Part shown: piece by piece, positions 38,701 through 46,108 of the stretch | Position numbering within the stretch: position 1 is the stretch's first letter | Layout: each line of letters begins with the position of its first letter | Assembly: GCA_003660975.1 (NCBI GenBank) | Contig: QMVG01000006.1 | Coordinates: forward strand, 1 to 46,108 | Reading direction: 5' to 3' | DNA length: 46,108 nucleotides | Source of the DNA: Candidatus Micrarchaeota archaeon | GTDB taxonomy: Archaea > B1Sed10-29 > B47-G15 | Made by a program: the position numbers and the translations under genes | Notes under the pieces: model-generated | What the model saw: the letters and a program-made list of their open reading frames with translations, nothing else | Database searches by the model: none | What the model was told of the DNA's origin: nothing

Positions 38701-40630
38701 GAAGGGGCATTATGAGGAGATAGAGATCACCGAGGACCTGACCCTGCCGAAGCTCCTCCTGCGCATGGCCAAAAAGTACGGGGACAGGAAGGTGGCCCTG
38801 CGGGAGAAGGAGTTCGGCATCTGGCGGCCCGTGACCTGGGCGGAGTACCTGAAGAACGTGAAGGAGTTCGCCCTGGGGCTGGTCTCCCTCGGCATAGAGC
38901 GGGGGGACAAGGTGGTGATGATCGGGGACAACCGCCCCGAGGGGCTCTATGCCGAGATGGCCGCCATGAGCGTCGGAGGGGCAGGGGTCTGGATCTTCCA
39001 GGACTGTCTGATAGACGAGGTCCAGTACATCGTGGATCACTCCGACGCCAAGTTCTATGTGGCCGAGGGACAGGAGGAGGTGGACAAAGGACTGGCCATA
39101 AGGGATCAGTGTCCGAAGCTGAAGAAGATCATCTGGGATGACCCCAAAGGGATGCGCCATTACGACGACCCAATGCTCATCAGCTTCAAGGAAGTCCAGA
39201 GGTTGGGAAGGGAGCTCGATGAGAAGGAGCCAGGCCTCTTTGAGGAGCTGGTGAATCAGGGGAAGGGGGATGACATCTGTCTCCTCTTTTACACCTCCGG
39301 GACCACTGGCCAGCCCAAGGGGGCCCTCCTCACCCACTACAACATGCTCAAGATGGGTCAGAACCTGATGAGGGTGGATCCCTGCTATGATACCGATGAC
39401 TTCGTCTCCTATCTCCCCTTCGCCTGGATAGGGGAGCAGATGATGTCCATCTCCTGTGGGCTTCAGGCGGGCTTCACCATCAACTTCCCCGAGGAGCCCG
39501 AGACGGCGATGGAGAACATCAGGGAGATAGGCCCCCACGTGATGTTCGCCAACCCGAGGATGTACGAGCAGATGGTCCGGAACATCCAGGTGAAGCACCT
39601 CGATGCCACCTGGCTCAAGAGGGTGGCCTTCAACCTGGCCATGAAGATCGGCTACCACGTGGCTGACCTGAAGTTCGCCAAAAAGCCCATTCCCTGGTAC
39701 TGGAAGGCACTGCAGTACTTCGCCTATCTGATCTGCCACAAGAAGCTGAAGGATCACTTAGGGCTCTCCCGCATAAGGCATGCCTACACCGGAGGGGCGG
39801 CCATGGGACCTGATCACTTCCGGTTCTTCCACGCCATCGGGGTGAACCTGAAGCAGATCTACGGGCAGACGGAGATAGCGGGGATATCGGTCCTTCACCG
39901 GGATGACGACATAAAGTTCGACACGGTGGGGAAGCCCATTCCTGAGACCGAGGTGAGGATTACGGAGGAGGGGGAGATCATCTCCCGGAGCCCCTCGGTC
40001 TTCAAGGGTTATTACAAGAATCCGGAGGCGACGGCGAAGACCCTCAGGGACGGGTGGCTTCACTCGGGAGATACGGGCTTCATCGATGCCGATGGGCACT
40101 TAGTGGTCTTTGACAGGACGAAGGATATCATGGTCCTTTCTGACGGCAGCAAGTCCTCGCCCCAGTTCCTGGAGGCGAGGCTCAAGTTCAGCCCCTATAT
40201 CAAGGATGCCTGGGTGATAGGGGACAAGATGCCCTATGTGACCGCGGTGATCTGCATAGACTACAACACGGTGGGGAAGTGGGCGGAGGACAGGGGGATC
40301 GCCTACACCAGTTATCCCGAGCTTTCCCAGAAGCCCGAGGTATATGAGCTGGTGAAGAAGGCGATCGTCGAGGTGAACAAGACCCTCCCGCCTGCCGCCA
40401 AGATCAAGAGGTTCGTCAACCTCTACAAGGAGTTCGACCCCGATGATGACGAGCTGACCCGCACCCGGAAGCTCCGCCGGGCCTTTGTGGCCCAGAGGTA
40501 CAAGGAGATCGTGGACGGCCTCTACTCAGGAGTGGAGATGATCCATATCGATACGACCATCACCTATGAGGACGGTCGTATCTCCCACATAAAGACCGAT
40601 CTTCGGGTGCAAGACGTGCCAGAATCCTGA
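38684..40630 (+). CDS. Long-chain-type acyl-CoA synthetase of the transporter-associated kind
   Basis: YTSGTTGQPKG, YGQTE, SGD, LTRTRKLRR. Confidence 0.9.
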   Translation: MSRGDKKGHYEEIEITEDLTLPKLLLRMAKKYGDRKVALREKEFGIWRPVTWAEYLKNVKEFALGLVSLGIERGDKVVMIGDNRPEGLYAEMAAMSVGGAGVWIFQDCLIDEVQYIVDHSDAKFYVAEGQEEVDKGLAIRDQCPKLKKIIWDDPKGMRHYDDPMLISFKEVQRLGRELDEKEPGLFEELVNQGKGDDICLLFYTSGTTGQPKGALLTHYNMLKMGQNLMRVDPCYDTDDFVSYLPFAWIGEQMMSISCGLQAGFTINFPEEPETAMENIREIGPHVMFANPRMYEQMVRNIQVKHLDATWLKRVAFNLAMKIGYHVADLKFAKKPIPWYWKALQYFAYLICHKKLKDHLGLSRIRHAYTGGAAMGPDHFRFFHAIGVNLKQIYGQTEIAGISVLHRDDDIKFDTVGKPIPETEVRITEEGEIISRSPSVFKGYYKNPEATAKTLRDGWLHSGDTGFIDADGHLVVFDRTKDIMVLSDGSKSSPQFLEARLKFSPYIKDAWVIGDKMPYVTAVICIDYNTVGKWAEDRGIAYTSYPELSQKPEVYELVKKAIVEVNKTLPPAAKIKRFVNLYKEFDPDDDELTRTRKLRRAFVAQRYKEIVDGLYSGVEMIHIDTTITYEDGRISHIKTDLRVQDVPES

Positions 40631-40648
40631 CTGGAGGGGGGATAGGAT

Positions 40649-41533
40649 ATGGAGCTCTTTATCACCACGCTGGTCACGGGGGTGATGGTGGGGAGCATTT
40701 ATGCCCTGGTCGCCCTGGGCTGGTGCCTCATTTACAAGTGCTCAGGGGTGCTCAACCTGGCGATGGGGGAGCTCACCCTGATAGGGGCCTATGTCTGTTT
40801 GAGCTTTTACAACTGGGGGGTCCCCTTTATCCTCGCCCTCATCTTCACCATGATCATCGGGATCATCTTGGGCTTTCTCACCGAGAGGATCTTCCTGAGG
40901 AAGTTGATCGGGGAGCCGATCCTAACGGTGATCATGGTGACGGTGGGGCTTTCCTTCTTCTTCCGGGGGATAGTGGAGTTCATCTGGGGGACGGACACCC
41001 GGGTCTTCAGCCCCCCGGTCTTTCCCTTGAAGCCCATCGTGGTGGGACCGGTGGTGATCGGCCAGGTCTATCTATGGAGCTTCGTGGCGGCGATCATCCT
41101 CCTTGTGGCCTTCGTCTCCTTCTTCAAGTACACCCGCTGGGGGCTCTCGATGCAGGCCTGTGCCGATGACGAGATGGCGGCCCTCTCGCTGGGGGTGAGC
41201 GCCAAGTTCGTCTATGCCATGGCCTGGGCCATCGCCTTTATGGCCGCAGGGGTAGGGGGAACGCTCCTCGGGAACATCAACGGCTTGAACATCTCCGTGG
41301 GTTACCTGGGACTTCTGGTACTTCCGGCGGTGGTCCTTGGGGGGCTTAACTCGGTCCCCGGGGCGATCGTCGGGGGGATCATCATCGGGGTCCTCCAGAA
41401 CCTCTCCGGGGCCTATCTCGATCAGTACTTCCCCGGCGGGGTGAAGGAGATCGCGCCTTTCGCTTTCATGGTGATCATCCTCCTCTTCCTCCCTTACGGG
41501 CTCTGGGGCTGGGAGAGGATAGAGCGGGTGTAA
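40649..41533 (+). CDS. livH: LivH-like permease
   Basis: GSIYALVALG..YKCSGVLNLA, LGGLNS, PYGLWG. Confidence 0.9.
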   Translation: MELFITTLVTGVMVGSIYALVALGWCLIYKCSGVLNLAMGELTLIGAYVCLSFYNWGVPFILALIFTMIIGIILGFLTERIFLRKLIGEPILTVIMVTVGLSFFFRGIVEFIWGTDTRVFSPPVFPLKPIVVGPVVIGQVYLWSFVAAIILLVAFVSFFKYTRWGLSMQACADDEMAALSLGVSAKFVYAMAWAIAFMAAGVGGTLLGNINGLNISVGYLGLLVLPAVVLGGLNSVPGAIVGGIIIGVLQNLSGAYLDQYFPGGVKEIAPFAFMVIILLFLPYGLWGWERIERV

Positions 41534-41545
41534 GGGAGGGGTGAG

Positions 41546-42613
41546 ATGAGCTGGTTGCCTTGCGGGGTATATCACGAGAACTACAAGCAGGATCATCGCT
41601 GGTGGCAGACCAAGTTCGTCTGGGGGAAGATGATCTTCCTCTTTCTCTTCGTCTACGTCCTCTTTCCCCGATTTGCTGGACTTTACTGGATCGGTGTGGC
41701 CAACATCATTGGTTATACCGTCCTTAGCGCCTTGGGGGTTCAACTCCTCATCGGCTATTGCGGGCAGATCACCCTGGGGCACGCTGCCTTCATCGCCGTG
41801 GGGGCTTATGTCTGCGCCCTGAGTATACTGATGTTCCACCTCCCCTATGTGGTGAGTATGATCATCGCTGCCTTCATTGCGGGGCTGTGGAGCGTGCTCT
41901 TCGGCCTGCCCTCGGCCAAGGTGAAGGGGTTCTATCTGATCATGACCACCATGGCGGCCCAGTTCATCACCGTGGACTTCATCCTTACTCAGTATGTGAG
42001 CAGGATAGGGGGCAGGGGGGTGGCTTTCTCGTTGCCTCCTGGGACGATCAAGATCGGCCCCTGGGTGATAGATAACGACGTGGAGATCTACTACCTGATG
42101 GTCATCTTAGTCACCCTCTGCACCCTGGCGCTTGCGAACCTGCTCCGTTCCCGGGTGGGAAGGGCCTGGATCGCCATAAGGGACAACGATATCGCTGCCG
42201 AGGCCTTAGGGGTGAACATCGTGAAGTACAAGCTCCTCGCCTTCTTCGTCGCCGGGGTCTTCGGGGGGGTAGCAGGGGCCTTCTGGGTGTGTAATTTGGC
42301 CGCCCTGAGCCCCGAGCACTTCATGTGGTCCTGGTCGTTATGGCTCGTAGGGGTGATCCTGATAGGGGGAGTGGGGAGCATCCACGGGGTCTTCTTCGGC
42401 TCCATGTTCATGGTACTGGTCTTGGAGGCCCTGAAGTTCGCCATCGCTCCATTGGCGCCCACCTTCCCTCAGCTCCAGATGAAGTTCCTCTTCCTGAAGG
42501 AGGCGGCTTTCGGGCTGGCCATCTGTCTCTTCCTGTTGTACGAGCCCAACGGGATGGCGTACCGTTGGTGGCAGATAAAGAACTATTTTAACCTTTGGCC
42601 CTTCTCCTACTGA
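41546..42613 (+). CDS. livM: LivM-like permease
   Basis: GYCGQITLGH, GRAWIAIRD, IGGVGS, EPNG. Confidence 0.9.
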   Translation: MSWLPCGVYHENYKQDHRWWQTKFVWGKMIFLFLFVYVLFPRFAGLYWIGVANIIGYTVLSALGVQLLIGYCGQITLGHAAFIAVGAYVCALSILMFHLPYVVSMIIAAFIAGLWSVLFGLPSAKVKGFYLIMTTMAAQFITVDFILTQYVSRIGGRGVAFSLPPGTIKIGPWVIDNDVEIYYLMVILVTLCTLALANLLRSRVGRAWIAIRDNDIAAEALGVNIVKYKLLAFFVAGVFGGVAGAFWVCNLAALSPEHFMWSWSLWLVGVILIGGVGSIHGVFFGSMFMVLVLEALKFAIAPLAPTFPQLQMKFLFLKEAAFGLAICLFLLYEPNGMAYRWWQIKNYFNLWPFSY

Positions 42614-42698
42614 GGAGGGCTGAGGAAGGGGGGTGAGAGGTAAGGAGGTGTGATGATGAGATGAGGGGGGGACGAAAAAATCTTTGGGAGGTGTCAAG

Positions 42699-43946
42699 AT
42701 GAAGCGAATTTTGTTGGCAATAGGGGTAATTGCTGTAGCTTTCCTCTTTGCAGGCACCCTTTGGGGTGCAGAGGTGATCAAGGTCGGTGCCATCAACGAC
42801 ATGACCGGCGGTACCTGTGACGTGGGTAAGGACTATGCCTTGGGGATTGCGGAGGCCATCGCCTATGTAAACGATATGGGGGGTGTTAACGGGAAGAAGA
42901 TAAAGCTGCTTCAGTTCGATTACGGGTATCGAATCCCGGAGGCGGTAACGATCTACAAGAGGTTGAGGGACTATGACAAGGTAATCGCCGTTCTCGGATG
43001 GGGGACAGGGGACACTGAGGCCCTCTCCCCCACGATCACCAAGGACAAGATGCCCTATGTATCGGCCTCATACTCGGCCCATCTGACCGATCCGAAGAAG
43101 ACCCCTTACAACTTCTTCTTCTCCGCCGACTATTCCACCAATGCCCGGGGCTGTATCACGGCCTGGTACGAAGAGATATGGTTGAAGGATCCGAAGTTCA
43201 AGGCGAGGAGGGAGCGGGGAGAGAAGCCGCGCTTTGTCTGCTTCTACTCCTGGCCTACCCCTTACTCCAGCGCTCCCATCAAGGCCATAAAGGACCAGGC
43301 CAAGCTGCTGGGCTTCGAGATAGGGCCCGATCAGGACGTCTCGCTGACCGCCCTCGATACCAAGAGCCAGGTACTGGCGGCCAAGAAGTTCAAGCCCGAC
43401 CTGGTGTGGCACGGGAATACCACCATGTCGGTGGCCACTGCCCTGAAGGATTCCTATGCCCTGGGCTTGGGCGCCTGGCACATAATCAACAACTGGGGTT
43501 TTGACAAGAACCTCGTTAAGCTGGCGGGCCCTGCCGCCGAGAACGCCATCGGTGCTGTCCCCTGCGCCTTCTTCGGGGAAAAGGGGCCCAGGCTCATGCC
43601 CAAGATCGTGGAGTATGCTAAGAAGTTGAATCCTGGTATCCCTGAGGAGAATCGTTTAATCAGGACGGTTCAGGCTTGGGGCGCTGTGCTTCTGCTCTGG
43701 GAGGGGATGAAGAGGGCCGATAAGGCCGGAAAACTCACCGGTGAAGGGATCAGGGAGGCCATCGAGACCCTGAGGGATTTTGATCTCGGGATTGGAGCGC
43801 CACCGATCACCTTCACCCCAACCGACCACAGGCCCACGAGCATAGCTCAGGCCTACATCATCAAGGGCGGGAAGTTCAAGTTCCTCAAGAGGATAGACTT
43901 CAAGAAGCGGTGGCCTGACAGATGGCCCAAGTGGTTAGGTTGGTAA
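42699..43946 (+). CDS. LIV-family substrate-binding protein
   Basis: Signal peptide, KVGAINDMTG, GGVNGKKI, GWGTGDTE, FTPTDHRP. Confidence 0.9.
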   Translation: MKRILLAIGVIAVAFLFAGTLWGAEVIKVGAINDMTGGTCDVGKDYALGIAEAIAYVNDMGGVNGKKIKLLQFDYGYRIPEAVTIYKRLRDYDKVIAVLGWGTGDTEALSPTITKDKMPYVSASYSAHLTDPKKTPYNFFFSADYSTNARGCITAWYEEIWLKDPKFKARRERGEKPRFVCFYSWPTPYSSAPIKAIKDQAKLLGFEIGPDQDVSLTALDTKSQVLAAKKFKPDLVWHGNTTMSVATALKDSYALGLGAWHIINNWGFDKNLVKLAGPAAENAIGAVPCAFFGEKGPRLMPKIVEYAKKLNPGIPEENRLIRTVQAWGAVLLLWEGMKRADKAGKLTGEGIREAIETLRDFDLGIGAPPITFTPTDHRPTSIAQAYIIKGGKFKFLKRIDFKKRWPDRWPKWLGW

Positions 43947-43995
43947 ACTTTTGGACCTGAAGATCAGGGGGCCATCTCTTTCTGGAGGTGAGGCG

Positions 43996-44793
43996 GTGGA
44001 GAGCATTCTGCGGATCAACAACATCGAGGTGAGATATCATGAGGTGATCCTGGTGCTGAAGGGGGTCTCCATCGAGGTCCCTGAGAGGGGAATAGTGGCC
44101 CTTCTGGGGGCCAACGGGGCGGGGAAGAGCACCACCCTCAAGGCGGTATCCGGGCTGCTGAAGCACGAGGACGGGAAGGTGACCGACGGGAGCATCGAGT
44201 TCATGGGCGAGCGGATAGACAAGCTCGACGCGGAGGAGATCTCCAAGCGGGGGATAATTCAGATCATTGAGGGGAGGCGGGTCTTCGAGCACCTCACTGT
44301 GGAGGAGAACCTCCTGGTGGGCGCCCACCTCCGCTCCAAGGGGCGGAAGGAGAGGCTCGAGATGGTTTATCACTACTTCCCCCGGCTGAAGCAGATCAGG
44401 AAGGTGCTGGCCGGTTTCATCAGCGGGGGAGAGCAACAGATGCTGGTGATCGGAAGGGCCCTGATGGCCCAGCCCAAGCTGATGCTGCTCGATGAGCCCT
44501 CCATGGGACTTGCTCCCCTCCTGATAAAAGAGATCTTCGATATCATCATGAGGCTGAACAAGGAGGAGAAGATACCGATCCTCTTAGTGGAACAGAACGT
44601 AAAGCTTGCCTTGACGGTGGCCCCTTACGCCTATGTGCTGGAGAACGGCAGGATCGTGATGGACGATACCGCCGAGAAGCTTAAGCAGAACCCCGACATC
44701 AGGGACTTCTACCTGGGCCTCACCGACCTGGGAGAGCGGAAGAGCTTCCGCCAGGTGAAGCATTACAAGAGGCGAAAGAGATGGCTGACCTAA
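43996..44793 (+). CDS. livF: LivF-like ABC ATP-binding protein
   Basis: GANGAGKST, SGGEQQM, LLDEPS, VEQN; GTG 43996 follows GGAGGTG. Confidence 0.92.
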   Translation: MESILRINNIEVRYHEVILVLKGVSIEVPERGIVALLGANGAGKSTTLKAVSGLLKHEDGKVTDGSIEFMGERIDKLDAEEISKRGIIQIIEGRRVFEHLTVEENLLVGAHLRSKGRKERLEMVYHYFPRLKQIRKVLAGFISGGEQQMLVIGRALMAQPKLMLLDEPSMGLAPLLIKEIFDIIMRLNKEEKIPILLVEQNVKLALTVAPYAYVLENGRIVMDDTAEKLKQNPDIRDFYLGLTDLGERKSFRQVKHYKRRKRWLT

Positions 44794-44811
44794 GAGGGAA
44801 GGAGGTTAGCT

Positions 44812-45378
44812 ATGCGTAGGGTTTTGACGATATGGCTTATTTTGGCCTTTGCGGTAACGGCGATCGTCGGGTGTCAGGCGTTCATGGCCAAACCGAAGAC
44901 CCCGGTGATTAAACTGAACCGGGTCGAGGTGGCCCACTACTGGAAGTTCTTCCTGGAACCCAAAAAGAAGAGGGGGAGCACCCTCGATCTCGCCTTCATC
45001 TTCGATATTACCAACCCGAACACTTATAAGGTGATGCTCGACGAGTTCAGGTTCACCGTGGCCTTCGAGGGGATAGAACTGAGCACCCCCATCGTCTATG
45101 AGGACGTTTACATCCCCGGGAAGACCACCAGCCAGTTGCGGGTCCACGTGGCCCTGGACGCCTACACCGCGCTCTTGGCCCTGCTCGTGCCCGCGGGGAA
45201 CGTGCAGGCTTGGAAGAAAATGGGGACGAAACCCCCAGCGCTCCTGAAGAAGTGGTGGGAGGGAATCCAGGACTTCTCCTTTCCCATCGAGGTGAGGAAC
45301 GGGGTGGCCAAGTTCTCCACACCTAAAGGGGAGATAATCGCCCCCTTCAAGGGGGTCTTTCCGAAGAAAAAGAAGTAA
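44812..45378 (+). CDS. Lipoprotein with a probable LEA_2/WHy domain
   Basis: Lipobox-like IVGC; F.ITNPN and IPG motifs; SD AGGAGG. Confidence 0.65.
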   Translation: MRRVLTIWLILAFAVTAIVGCQAFMAKPKTPVIKLNRVEVAHYWKFFLEPKKKRGSTLDLAFIFDITNPNTYKVMLDEFRFTVAFEGIELSTPIVYEDVYIPGKTTSQLRVHVALDAYTALLALLVPAGNVQAWKKMGTKPPALLKKWWEGIQDFSFPIEVRNGVAKFSTPKGEIIAPFKGVFPKKKK

Positions 45379-45385
45379 TCCTATT

Positions 45386-45410
45386 TTGGGGGGGCCATGC
45401 GCCCCCCCAA
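45386..45410. repeat. Perfect 10-bp intergenic stem-loop
   Basis: TTGGGGGGGC-CATGC-GCCCCCCCAA; no U-tract downstream on the + strand. Confidence 0.6.
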
Positions 45411-45422
45411 TGAGAGGTCACG

Positions 45423-46108
45423 ATGGAGAAGGTGAACAGGAAGAGGGGGTATTTTCGGGAGGAACTGGAGACGATGTCCCCTGAGGAGCGGGAGGAGTAC
45501 CGGGCCAGGAAGCTGCGGGAGATCGTGGACCATGCCTGGAGGAATTCCCCTGCCTTTCGGCAAAGGATGGAGGAAGGGGGGCTCAAGCCCGAGGACATAA
45601 AGACCACCGCGGATTTGGAGAAGCTCCCCATCCTGAAGAAGGCAGATCTGGTCGAACTCCAGAAGAGGGACCTTCCCTTCGGGGGCCTTACGGCCACCCC
45701 CCCCGAGAGGGTGCGGCGGATATGCATCTCCCCTGGTCCCATCTACGAGCCATGGGATTACGAGTATGAGGACATCCGCTGGACACAGGCCTTCTATGCC
45801 CTGGGGATAAGGCCTGGGGATATAATCCAGAACACCTTTAGCTATCACATGGTCATTTTTGCCCACTGGCTTGATGAGGCGGCAAGGCAGCTCGGCTGCA
45901 CCATCATCCCCATGGGCGGGGGAAATACCGAGACCCAGGTGAAGGTGATGAAGGAACTGAAGAGCACCGCCTTCCTGGGCACCCCGAGTTTTCTGCTGAG
46001 CATAGGGGAGAGGGCGAGGGAAATGGGGGTAGACCCGAAGGAGGACTTCTCCTTAGAGGTTGCCTTCGTGGCCGCGGAGATGCTCCCAGAGTCACTGCGT
46101 CAGAGGCT
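45423..46108 (+). CDS. Phenylacetate-CoA ligase (PaaK)-like protein, 3'-truncated by the window; absent from the ORF track
   Basis: Own translation: MEKVNRKRGYFREELETMSPEERE..NSPAF..DLEKLPILKKADL..PFGG..SPGPIYEP..NTFSYH..GTPSFL; frame open to the window end. Confidence 0.85.
   Translation, partial: MEKVNRKRGYFREELETMSPEEREEYRARKLREIVDHAWRNSPAFRQRMEEGGLKPEDIKTTADLEKLPILKKADLVELQKRDLPFGGLTATPPERVRRICISPGPIYEPWDYEYEDIRWTQAFYALGIRPGDIIQNTFSYHMVIFAHWLDEAARQLGCTIIPMGGGNTETQVKVMKELKSTAFLGTPSFLLSIGERAREMGVDPKEDFSLEVAFVAAEMLPESLRQR

Overview
Bacterial window from a GC-rich, probably anaerobic host; the gene set looks deltaproteobacterial, which is an inference. Left flank: partial dapA, a nicotinate phosphoribosyltransferase gene and tRNA-Leu(CAA). 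Right after the tRNA, GC content falls (spot counts: 63% at 1-60, 42% at 3481-3540) and a ~26.7 kb island begins. It ends at a degenerate copy of the tRNA 3' end (28858-28875). The island has no integrase. It encodes an anaerobic benzoyl-CoA dearomatisation pathway: ATP-dependent Bzd-type class I benzoyl-CoA reductase (bzdNOPQ), a short BzdV-like Fe-S protein, a BzdM-type ferredoxin and Dch-, Had- and Oah-like enzymes. It also carries two CoA ligases, a LIV-family ABC transporter, thiolase, SDR, MaoC and thioesterase genes, and a sigma54 two-component system. Four sigma54 promoters and a shared 16-bp enhancer-like motif can be read directly in the intergenic DNA. A decayed ubiX and IS remnants are also present. 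Right flank (host-like GC): amrS, an acyl-CoA dehydrogenase/methylmalonyl-CoA mutase operon, and a second LIV/acyl-CoA ligase cluster. The last two share a 22-bp palindrome in their promoter regions. Family calls rest on motif recognition only; no database search was run.
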